Shown in pieces: positions 1 through 8,452 of a stretch of 35,965 nucleotides of DNA; the first letter of the stretch is position 1, and the number at the start of each line of letters is the position of its first letter. The position numbers and the translations under genes are program-made. A model generated the notes under the pieces. It did no database searches. It saw only the letters and a program-made list of their open reading frames with translations, and was not told the origin of the DNA. This DNA is from Candidatus Heimdallarchaeota archaeon (lineage in GTDB: Archaea > Asgardarchaeota > Heimdallarchaeia > Hodarchaeales > Hodarchaeaceae): NCBI GenBank assembly GCA_019057635.1, contig DXJL01000164.1:1-35965 (forward strand), given 5' to 3'.

Positions 1-69
1 AATTGCCAAGAAGCACTTCGAGAGGTCATAGCAGCGAATGATTTATTATTAGAAATACAGAAATTGTGA
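1..69 (+). CDS. 3' end of a CDS running in from the left edge (partial, unknown product)
   Basis: Frame 1 is open from base 1: NCQEALREVIAANDLLLEIQKL* (TGA 67-69). Helical-looking and convergent with the next gene. Confidence 0.45.
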   Translation, partial: NCQEALREVIAANDLLLEIQKL

Positions 70-93
70 AATTATAAAAAATTTTACTAAGAT

Positions 94-624
94 TTATCTT
101 GTAATGACTTGTCTTGCCATTGAAACAAAACATTCCTCGATCGCTTTACAATTATCTACTTTTATTGAAAATAGATTCATCTGGTACAAATCAGCTATAA
201 ATCTTGCTAATTGAATATTTGTAAGGTGAGAAACAGAATTAATCTCCGCTTTTCTCCTTTGTCTTTTTGGAGCTTTTACAGTAGAAAGAGCGCGTTGAGA
301 TTTCTTCCTAAAGATGTGTTTGCATTGATTTAAAATTCGGTCTCGGATCGTAAGAGAAGTTTTAATTTCCTTTTTCTTCTGTCTTCGCTGGGTATATTTC
401 CAACCCCTAATGACTACAATACCCATAGGCACTCGTGTGTGATAGGAAAGATACTTTTCAAACTCTCTGAGCCAATTAGGAACTGCTTCGATTGATTTTC
501 GATCATTAATATTACAAAAAAACAACCCTGCTGATGCCCCACGATAGTAGCTCGGTCTTAGTTTACCAAAGAATTCTTGACCAGCTGTATCAACTAATAT
601 CAGTTTAACCTCAGTGTTATCAAA
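94..624 (-). pseudogene. Degenerate, N-terminally truncated Rab-like small GTPase
   Basis: The frame of ORF 94..525 stays open upstream to 624 (in-frame TGA at 627-625) and reads FDNTEVKLILVDTAGQEFFGKLRPSYYRGASAGLFFCNINDRKS. This is the G3 motif (DTAGQE) plus Rab-type YYRGA. No G1 P-loop was found in any upstream frame, G4 NKxD is absent, and G5 is SIK-like. Confidence 0.75.
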
Positions 625-771
625 TCATATTTTCTCTTTTTTTTTTTCCTGTATACTTTGATGACGCTTCCTCTTTTGGCATTACCTGTACATCTTTCTG
701 CTAACAAGATCGAAAGATATTTCCATTTTTACTATCTCTGTTTAACATGACAGATTATCCTTAACTCTTCC

Positions 772-1932
772 GTGATCATGATGTCTAAAGTTGCTCTTAT
801 ACCTACGAGTCCCCAATCAGTGGTGGACGATTATGCCAAACTAATGGACTTGATTAATTATCAATCATTTATAAAAAAAGAACTGAATACGATAGTCAAG
901 ATCAATTTATCATGGTCTCTTTTCTATCCTGCTTGTTCGACTCCTCCTTGGCAATTAGATGGTGTATTACAGAAATTATCAGCAGATGGTTTTGAAGCGG
1001 ACAAAATCATCCCCACAGAAAATCAAACTGTTGTCACTCATCCTTGGAGTGGCGCTTATAAGAATAAATGGTTACCTATCTTAAAAAAGTTCAATACAAC
1101 CTATCGTCCCTTGACTAACGAAAAGTGGGTACCTTATTCCCCAAAAGGGGATGTACCCGCAATGAGGGAGTTATTTCAAGATAAAATTATCATTCCAGAG
1201 ATTTTTGAAGGAGCAAGCGTTGTACATTTACCCACTTTAAAAACCCATGGTCACACGGTGATGACTGGAGCAATGAAGAATGCTTTTGGCGGGTTAATCC
1301 CCAAATATCGCCATCACAGTCATAAAATGATTCATGAAATCTTAGTTGACTTATTAACCATACAAAAGGAAATTCACCCGGGTCGACTCGCGGTAATGGA
1401 TGGATCTGTTGCAGGCGATGGGGCAGGACCACGAATCATGACACCTGTTTCTACAAATCTTCTTTTGGCCAGCGAAGACCAAGTCGCCATCGATGCCGTT
1501 TCAGCAAAACTTATGGGATTTGATCCTATGAAAATCAAATTTATTAAAATGGCCCATGATCAAGGTTTAGGTATTGGCGATATTGATCAAATTGATCTGA
1601 TTGGCACGGATCCTGCAGATTTCAAAGAAATGAATTTTAATTTTAAAACCAAAAAGAGTCTGGTTATCCGCTGGGATCAACGGATTCGCAAAACTACGTA
1701 TCGACATCGTTTTTTAAATCCCCTTCATTGGTTTTTATTCTATACCCCTTTCTTTAGGTTATTCATCATGGCATCAGGGGTCTATCACGACTGGATTTGG
1801 TACCCTCTAATTGGTAATCGTCGTATTAAGAAATTCAAGACGGAATCTGGATGGGGACAACTCTTTGAATCCTATGAATATGGCCCCAAGATGAAGACAT
1901 ACCCCGAAATAAAAAATTGGGACCGATATTGA
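772..1932 (+). CDS. DUF362 domain (Fe-S cluster-associated) protein
   Basis: KINLSW, LPTLKTHGHTVMTGAMKNAFG, DGSVAGDGAGP and DQVAIDAVSAKLMGFDP motifs are typical of DUF362. Start is probably one of the ATGs at 778/781. Confidence 0.85.
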   Translation: MIMMSKVALIPTSPQSVVDDYAKLMDLINYQSFIKKELNTIVKINLSWSLFYPACSTPPWQLDGVLQKLSADGFEADKIIPTENQTVVTHPWSGAYKNKWLPILKKFNTTYRPLTNEKWVPYSPKGDVPAMRELFQDKIIIPEIFEGASVVHLPTLKTHGHTVMTGAMKNAFGGLIPKYRHHSHKMIHEILVDLLTIQKEIHPGRLAVMDGSVAGDGAGPRIMTPVSTNLLLASEDQVAIDAVSAKLMGFDPMKIKFIKMAHDQGLGIGDIDQIDLIGTDPADFKEMNFNFKTKKSLVIRWDQRIRKTTYRHRFLNPLHWFLFYTPFFRLFIMASGVYHDWIWYPLIGNRRIKKFKTESGWGQLFESYEYGPKMKTYPEIKNWDRY

Positions 1933-1988
1933 ATTCTTGATGTCTTATTCAGAAAATTTTTACACTTTACCCAATGAAACTTGTGTAG

Positions 1989-2819
1989 TTGGTGTACTTA
2001 CCAATGGAAAATCGTAAAGAATACATTGTTGATCTATTTAAGAAATATCGAAGCATTCTCAAAGGTCCTGATTGGGAAACGATGCCTCCGCATGAGGATT
2101 GGGAACCTGACCAACAAAAAGGGGTTGAGGAGCCTCCACCTCAGAAAGGATATGCTGAGGATGCCAAAACTATTGATCTCATACCTAAAACCGAATTTAC
2201 TACTCAAGATTTCCCTGTTACCCTTCTAGATGCAATTTCAAATAGACGAAGCAGAAGGAATTTTAGTGAGGCGCCTTTAACTCTCAAAGAACTGTCTTTT
2301 TTGTTATATGCAACACAGGGTGTTCACAAAGTAGGGACTGACGAACGTCATAGTCAAAAAAAAGTAGTTAAACGAACGGTGCCATCAGGTGGCTCTCGTC
2401 ATCCCTTTGAGACATATTTAGTGGTTCAACGAGTTGAAAATCTCCCTCCAGGTATATATCGTTATCTTGCCTTAGAGGAAAAACTGCTTTTCGTAAAAGA
2501 TATTGATGCTGAGAGAATTTCTGAATCTTTGTCTGGATTAACCTATAGTCAATCTTTTTCTGGAAAAGGGGCTGTATTCTTTATTTGGGCTGTTATCCCA
2601 TACAGAACTGAATGGCGCTACTCTATTATTTCTTACAAGGATATTCTGATCGAAGCGGGACATGTATGTCAAAACTTGTATCTTGCGTGTGAGGCCATCA
2701 ATGCAGGAACGTGTGCAATTCTAGCTTATGATCAGGAAGGAATCGACAGTTTACTTGACATTGATGGTGAAGACGAATTCGTCATTTATGTTGCTCCTGT
2801 GGGTAAAAGGAAAGAATAG
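1989..2819 (+). CDS. SagB/ThcOx-family FMN nitroreductase-like dehydrogenase
   Basis: RRSRRNFS, RTVPSGGSRHPFETY, EAGHVCQNLYLACEA and the final VAPVG are typical of the family. Start may be 2004 (MENRK). Confidence 0.9.
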   Translation: MVYLPMENRKEYIVDLFKKYRSILKGPDWETMPPHEDWEPDQQKGVEEPPPQKGYAEDAKTIDLIPKTEFTTQDFPVTLLDAISNRRSRRNFSEAPLTLKELSFLLYATQGVHKVGTDERHSQKKVVKRTVPSGGSRHPFETYLVVQRVENLPPGIYRYLALEEKLLFVKDIDAERISESLSGLTYSQSFSGKGAVFFIWAVIPYRTEWRYSIISYKDILIEAGHVCQNLYLACEAINAGTCAILAYDQEGIDSLLDIDGEDEFVIYVAPVGKRKE

Positions 2820-2876
2820 TGTTGTATTGACCTTATTAGTGTCTACACCCCACATTTATGATAGAATTCAATATTC

Positions 2877-3968
2877 TTATTCTGCCTCTTTCTTTGGGAA
2901 CGGATTCCAAGTCATAATTAGTATGGTATTTATTACGATTATTGTCTGAGATATCGTACATAGAATACATATGAAGTTGATCACGAACAGTTCTAGATAT
3001 AATAGGTAAAATAAAGCACCCACAGTAAGAAACAATTGGAATACAATGAAATAATACCAATACTCTCCCTGGAGTTTTTTGAATAAAAATGATCTCTCTC
3101 TACCTAACGGAATCTCTAATGGAAGTGGTACAATACTTAGAAAAATTACTTGTATCAACACTAATGTCATTATGACGATTCCTACCATAGAAAATGGTAT
3201 TTCGAATCCGAAAATATTGTAAATCTCATATTTTCGAAAAAGAAGGGTTTTTGCTAAATCATTGGTGGTACATCCACAGCCTCCCTGAAGATAATCTAAA
3301 AATTGATATGTGAGTGAAATTAACGAGACAAGCGTTAATGTAGTAAAAAGAAAAATACGATTCTTCTCTATTCGCCTCAGGTGGATTGTCAATTGTGTAT
3401 ATTCGTTTACTAGATAACCTATGAGTGTTACAATAAGCAGTATTCCACCAATAAGAATAGCAGCATTCGTTAATAGTGAAAAATCAACAAAATCGAAGGA
3501 AGGGTTATTGTTCCCGTTATTGTCAGGAGGGATGTAACCAATATCTACGAGAATAGACTCAAAAGATGTGACTAATAGATTAGAATCTCCCAAAATTGCC
3601 TCAATATCTAATACTACTTTTTGATCATTGTCCCAGAGAAAGATCACCCACGGAAAATCTCCATAAGCACCTACAGAAATATTATGTACCTCCATTTGTT
3701 CGAAAAAAAAGGCAGTTTCAGTAGAGGCATCAATAAATGCAAAATCAATACTATCGTTGAGACGATATTCCTGAAAAAATGGATCTACATACGAATTGTA
3801 TTTGTTTACACAATCGGGACAAGCGCTATACTTGATAACAATACAGTCAACTGGTTCATCAGCGTGTTGTCCAGCAGTGCTAATATCAATGATTCCAACA
3901 AGCAAGGTACTTAATAAGAGTGTACCAAGTACTAACCGGGAATATTTGAAATTCGTTGAGGAACTCAT
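2877..3968 (-). CDS. Membrane protein: signal peptide + thioredoxin-like domain (CPDC) + VKOR-family domain
   Basis: N-terminal hydrophobic signal, YSACPDC, cis-Pro-like FPWV, then TM helices, IFGFEIPFSMVG and LYLELFVINFICILC (VKOR redox CxxC). Confidence 0.8.
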   Translation of the reverse strand: MSSSTNFKYSRLVLGTLLLSTLLVGIIDISTAGQHADEPVDCIVIKYSACPDCVNKYNSYVDPFFQEYRLNDSIDFAFIDASTETAFFFEQMEVHNISVGAYGDFPWVIFLWDNDQKVVLDIEAILGDSNLLVTSFESILVDIGYIPPDNNGNNNPSFDFVDFSLLTNAAILIGGILLIVTLIGYLVNEYTQLTIHLRRIEKNRIFLFTTLTLVSLISLTYQFLDYLQGGCGCTTNDLAKTLLFRKYEIYNIFGFEIPFSMVGIVIMTLVLIQVIFLSIVPLPLEIPLGRERSFLFKKLQGEYWYYFIVFQLFLTVGALFYLLYLELFVINFICILCTISQTIIVINTILIMTWNPFPKKEAE

Positions 3969-4786
3969 TTCTTCTTCAACTTATTCAGTAATCTGGTGAC
4001 GACCGGGGAAAAATATTCAAACGCTTCTGAAAGTCCTTTATCTCCTTTTACTCGAATATTCAGATCAAAAGGAATCTGCCCAAGTAATTCAGTATTAAAC
4101 TCTTGAGCCATCCTTTCCCCCCCACCTTCTCCAAATAGGGTATGCTCAGTTTCACAAGATGGACATTTAAATACGGACATATTTTCTATGATGCCGAGGA
4201 CAGCTTCTTCACCCAACATTTTGCGTGACATTACGAGTGACTTACCAGTATCTAACGTACTTACTTCTTGGGGTGTGGTAACAATCACAACACCATCTAG
4301 ATCAGGTAACATCTGCATAATACTAATTGCTTCATCTCCTGTCCCGGGAGGCATATCAAAAATTAATATTTCTAATGGCCCCCAGTCAAAGTCAGTCAAA
4401 AATTGATTAAGCGCTTTCATCTTGATAGGCCCTCTCCACACAACAGGAGTCGAGGTTGTTTCTAAAAAGAAAGCCATTGAAACAACTTTGACCCCCATCG
4501 GTCCTTCAACCGGCAAAGGTTTTCCACTTTCTTGCACTTCAACCTTTTTTCCCTCAATCCCAAGCATTTTTGCAATATTTGGGCCTGAAAAATCTAGATC
4601 CGCGATTCCTACTTTCCCTGGAAACTTCTTTCCAAAGGCTAAAGCTAAATTAGATGCAACGGTAGATTTCCCTACTCCACCTTTACCACTAAGCACAACA
4701 ATCTTTTTTTTCACATTTTTCATTGCAGCAGCAATTTCATCCTGCTGTGTTTTCAAATTTGACTGCACGGTTGTTTCCTTCAGCAT
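3965..4786 (-). CDS. mrp: Mrp/NBP35 (ApbC) Fe-S cluster carrier ATPase
   Basis: SGKGGVGKST, DLDFSGP, VVWRGP, DMPPGTGD, VTTPQ and ENMS..CPSC. The stop overlaps the start of the VKOR gene (ATGA). Confidence 0.95.
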   Translation of the reverse strand: MLKETTVQSNLKTQQDEIAAAMKNVKKKIVVLSGKGGVGKSTVASNLALAFGKKFPGKVGIADLDFSGPNIAKMLGIEGKKVEVQESGKPLPVEGPMGVKVVSMAFFLETTSTPVVWRGPIKMKALNQFLTDFDWGPLEILIFDMPPGTGDEAISIMQMLPDLDGVVIVTTPQEVSTLDTGKSLVMSRKMLGEEAVLGIIENMSVFKCPSCETEHTLFGEGGGERMAQEFNTELLGQIPFDLNIRVKGDKGLSEAFEYFSPVVTRLLNKLKKK

Positions 4787-4899
4787 TTACTTAATAAATT
4801 GTCAGTATTTCTCAAATGACGAAGGGTTAGTCCAGATTATTAATAACCCTTCATTTCACAATTCGTAGATAACTTGCTTATCTATTATTTTGACATCAG

Positions 4900-6081
4900 C
4901 TACTCACGACCAAAAGCCATTTTAACAAGATCATAAGCGCCTTCGAAGACGTGTTTCGGAACAACGGTTAGTTCTTCAGCCTCAGAGCCGTATTTTAAAT
5001 TAAAAAATCTACTAAAGGCAGCAAGTGCACTCCAAAGAAATCTAGATGTATGATCGGCGATAATAAAGGTGATAAAATTGTCATTATTAGAAAGCATAAT
5101 AATATCTTCTTGAAACTGTATCATTTTGACATCTGTCGTTTCTATCATTTCAGTAAATAAGTTTAGCACAGCAAGGACTCCACCAGAAAATAAGAGATCA
5201 CGATCACTCCCCAAGCTTTCCTCAGGAACGAAATCATAGGAATATAATAGCAAACCTGATTTATTTATGACCATCAGTTTCTTTAAACGATGAAATTGTA
5301 ATAAACCAAGAGGAGCTTTTACATATGCTCTATAAATTAACAAACTACCTACTATAACACTAATATGTGGAGCAAAATGTTGTAAGAAGATAATGAATTC
5401 TAGATTAACAAAATTCTCCAAAAATCTGGCACTTACAACTACTATCAAGGGAATTGCATAAAAGAAAATTATCGATAGCTGAAGTATTAGCACCTGTGAA
5501 TTCTGTTTTCTAAATGTTATCTGACTTTTAATCTTCTGAAGGGAATAGAGAGTTATAATAATAACGTAGCTTACAAAATATGCTGCTGGAAAATTTGTGG
5601 TGTATAAGACAATTAAAATGGTCAGAACAACACTATAGAGATCCTCGATGTTCTGATTAATATTTAATTCGTTTGACATTATCTCTGGAAATAGAACTGG
5701 ATAAATCATATTCAGTAAAAAAGCCCCGAGAAAGATACCATATATTGACGCATGGATCGGTGACACTCTATCTTTTCGGAAAAATTCAATAAACAGCAAG
5801 AAAACCCCTGAAGATATACCACCAAATAAAGGAAACAGGTAGTTCACAATGTTTCCCTCGTCACGATAGAACTGGACTGGATTTTCAATATTAAGAATAT
5901 AGAAAAAGAATTCAAATCCCACAAAGGCAATGAATACAATATATAAGCCAATAAGTATCCCGATTACCGGAATTTTTGTTTTCCGCCACCTAGCTATTAA
6001 CGAGAGGATTAAAATGAATGATACACTTATTTCAAGAAAGAAGATACAAAATCCTACCAAGCTAAGTGTTTCTAATGCCAA
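4900..6081 (-). CDS. 7-TM membrane protein with C-terminal longin/roadblock-like domain
   Basis: About seven hydrophobic segments in aa 1-255, then a soluble ~130-aa domain LMVINKSGLLLYSYDF...LLFSGGVLAVLNLFTEM...FITFIIAD, a pattern typical of Asgard longin-like domains. Confidence 0.7.
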   Translation of the reverse strand: MALETLSLVGFCIFFLEISVSFILILSLIARWRKTKIPVIGILIGLYIVFIAFVGFEFFFYILNIENPVQFYRDEGNIVNYLFPLFGGISSGVFLLFIEFFRKDRVSPIHASIYGIFLGAFLLNMIYPVLFPEIMSNELNINQNIEDLYSVVLTILIVLYTTNFPAAYFVSYVIIITLYSLQKIKSQITFRKQNSQVLILQLSIIFFYAIPLIVVVSARFLENFVNLEFIIFLQHFAPHISVIVGSLLIYRAYVKAPLGLLQFHRLKKLMVINKSGLLLYSYDFVPEESLGSDRDLLFSGGVLAVLNLFTEMIETTDVKMIQFQEDIIMLSNNDNFITFIIADHTSRFLWSALAAFSRFFNLKYGSEAEELTVVPKHVFEGAYDLVKMAFGRE

Positions 6082-6219
6082 TGGATTGTCCTTCCTACCT
6101 AAGAATGGAATTATGCAAAGTATCCTCGGGATTACAATTAGTGTAATTCTTCAATGTTCTTAAACTCTTGGAAATAATTCAATAAATACAGATGGATAGT
6201 CAAAAAGAAGGTAAGTAGT

Positions 6220-6996
6220 ATGAGTTCCTTTCTCTCTCAGCTAGCACATGATTCGCTCTCTCTGGAAAAGTCTGTATCTGAGTTCAACATAGAATCTGTT
6301 ATTATCGGTATTCGTTACACTAGCGTACTACTTTCTAGTGGTTCGTGTGGAGTAGCATATACCTTAACTGATCAATCAGCAGAAAAAAACCGTCATAATA
6401 AGTATTTATCTGAAAAATTCTTATTTGAAAAAAGTTTGGAGTATTTGGTTGAATTTTGTGCCTCTAAATACTCAATATTTCGAAGTATTGGAGTTGCTGC
6501 TTTGAATGCCTTTTCACAGGCTAATCTTCCTTCATTAAGAACGGAAAATCTGGATATTCTAGATATCTTTGAAGAAAAGTCTGGAAATATCAGTATGATT
6601 GGAAATATTCAGCCTGTTACCCGATTTCTTAGTCAGAAAGGATATCAAATTAAAATTCTAGATAGATATTCTCCTCCTCGCCAACAGGCCCAAATTACCA
6701 CTGTAGAGGAGATTTCAGATCTACAAAATGCCGATCATCTGATAGTTTCTGGATCGGCATTAGTATTCGAAACTTTCGATTTAGTTCGGGATCTTCTCTT
6801 GACAATTCCTGGAGAAAAAGTTCTTCTCGGGCCTTCGGCTCAAATTCTCCCTGCTATCGCTTTCAAACATGGTTTCACATTTTTAGGGAGCTCTGAAATT
6901 ATTAATACGAAATCTGTTATGAGTATTATTATGGAGGGAGGCGGATATCGAGCATTTAAGGAGTTCACACAAAAGTATTCTTTTCACTTAGAATGA
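6220..6996 (+). CDS. DUF364 / Rossmann-like domain protein
   Basis: IGIRYTSV...GVAYT, RSIGVAALNA, MIGNIQP, VSGSALV, LLGPSA and MEGGG match the DUF4213/DUF364 layout. Confidence 0.8.
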   Translation: MSSFLSQLAHDSLSLEKSVSEFNIESVIIGIRYTSVLLSSGSCGVAYTLTDQSAEKNRHNKYLSEKFLFEKSLEYLVEFCASKYSIFRSIGVAALNAFSQANLPSLRTENLDILDIFEEKSGNISMIGNIQPVTRFLSQKGYQIKILDRYSPPRQQAQITTVEEISDLQNADHLIVSGSALVFETFDLVRDLLLTIPGEKVLLGPSAQILPAIAFKHGFTFLGSSEIINTKSVMSIIMEGGGYRAFKEFTQKYSFHLE

Positions 6997-7143
6997 ATTC
7001 GATGTTAGATTTTTGTCGAAAGGTCCCGAAAAACGCTGATGACACTCTTTTTCCATTGTTGGCACTTTTCGATACCTCCCAGTTATTTCTATCAGCTCTT
7101 TCAATGTTTTAATCACGACAGAAATAATTGGAAGATTTCAAAT

Positions 7144-7407
7144 ATGTCCACACAGTCTCAATTTGGATTCAAAAAATCTTTAGATCGCATAATGCAGTTA
7201 ATATATCTTTCTTCGAACGTTTTTACTGATCTTGAGGTTCAAAATCAAGTATGTGCTCTAAATGTCAAAGATTCCTACTCAGAAACAGAGAAAAATCAGC
7301 TATTAACTTATTTTTTGGATTTGATCGAATCTCTTTCTCTTGAAAGGATTTATCTCACCCAAGATCCCAACAATGAGAACCGTTATTTCTACAATGGAGG
7401 ATTTTGA
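7144..7407 (+). CDS. Hypothetical protein (~87 aa)
   Basis: Part of ORF 7039..7407. Sequence from ATG 7144 (MSTQSQF...) looks protein-like; the upstream extension does not. No recognisable motif. Confidence 0.5.
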   Translation: MSTQSQFGFKKSLDRIMQLIYLSSNVFTDLEVQNQVCALNVKDSYSETEKNQLLTYFLDLIESLSLERIYLTQDPNNENRYFYNGGF

Positions 7408-7855
7408 CTTGTATTCAGAATACTATACGGTACCAAACAACAAAACCACTCCTAAGAAGAAATCAGTGTTACATTACTGGAAGGAACCCCCTATGAGCTC
7501 GCAGAAAATGAATCAAAAACCAGTGGAGAAAGAAGAAAATGATCGGGAAGCCTCTCGTTTAGCTGACAGAGCACTATTATTGCTTTCGTTCAAAGATACA
7601 CCTAGCCAAAATTTGCATCATGTTCTACAAGTCCTGGGAATTCATTCTATAGAAGAAAAGAAAAGTATTATGCAAGAGATTTTCCGATTAATACGAGAAG
7701 GAATTGTATATGTTCCCAAGGGTTTACCTTTACTCATTGATAAAGGAATAGACAATGTTAAGGATGTTTCAGAGATTGATCTTGTGCTTCTCAGACCATA
7801 TGACCAATTAATCTCTGAGATCCAGAGAGATATTTCTGCTTTCAATAATAAATAG
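7394..7855 (+). CDS. Hypothetical protein, possibly winged-helix-like
   Basis: Part of ORF 7340..7855; start uncertain (7394 or 7493). NLHHVLQVLG...IMQEIFRLIREGIVYVP resembles a wHTH recognition helix plus wing. Confidence 0.55.
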   Translation: MEDFDLYSEYYTVPNNKTTPKKKSVLHYWKEPPMSSQKMNQKPVEKEENDREASRLADRALLLLSFKDTPSQNLHHVLQVLGIHSIEEKKSIMQEIFRLIREGIVYVPKGLPLLIDKGIDNVKDVSEIDLVLLRPYDQLISEIQRDISAFNNK

Positions 7856-7870
7856 GCTTAGTAGCAAGAG

Positions 7871-8281
7871 TTGAAGAATGTGGCATTGCAAAATTCAAAA
7901 TTGGTAAGCACAGCACAGCTTAATGAGCTAAAAATACATTTAAGATTGATAAATAGTACTTGTGATAATGTTTTAGCTACTAAATGGCAACATATACAGC
8001 AGATGCAGTTAGATTTAGATTTAGACCCCAGTATGAGCATTAAAGAATTAGCTCAGTTATATTATCAATTTGATGATATAATAGAAGTATTTAAACTAGA
8101 ATCCTATACATTTCGACAATTAGAAAAAATATTGGTTGAATTAGAAACTGTAAGAGATATGTTAGATATTTCCCGCGATACTCCACTCCAACAAATTGCC
8201 TTTCAATTGACTTCATACGATATTTCAGTATTAGGAGTGGGAAAGAATTCCATCTTAGAAAAAATTATGACTTATTATTAA
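7871..8281 (+). CDS. Hypothetical helical protein
   Basis: 136-aa ORF with TTG start, 15 nt after the previous stop; amphipathic helices, no motif. Confidence 0.55.
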   Translation: MKNVALQNSKLVSTAQLNELKIHLRLINSTCDNVLATKWQHIQQMQLDLDLDPSMSIKELAQLYYQFDDIIEVFKLESYTFRQLEKILVELETVRDMLDISRDTPLQQIAFQLTSYDISVLGVGKNSILEKIMTYY

Positions 8282-8452
8282 TTTCATTATCTCCTCATGA
8301 AATTTTCCTTATTGGCTCCTTATAGACCATTTAAGACGTTTAAAAGCTGGTATAAGAGATTATTGTTTTGATCAAGGGGTATCACTTTTGTCCATTCTTA
8401 TCAAAATCTTAAAACCCCAAATTCTTTCATTGTAAAAAGAAGGTTAATCATA

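Noticed and set aside
625-627. TGA upstream of the Rab-like frame as a selenocysteine/readthrough codon
   Set aside because: Reading through yields only a Lys-rich stretch with no P-loop, and no SECIS-like hairpin was recognised.
1989-2819. SagB-like enzyme as the modifier of the 35-kb microproteins (azole RiPP cluster)
   Set aside because: About 32 kb apart, no YcaO, transporter or peptidase linked, and the peptides lack Cys; nothing supports the link.
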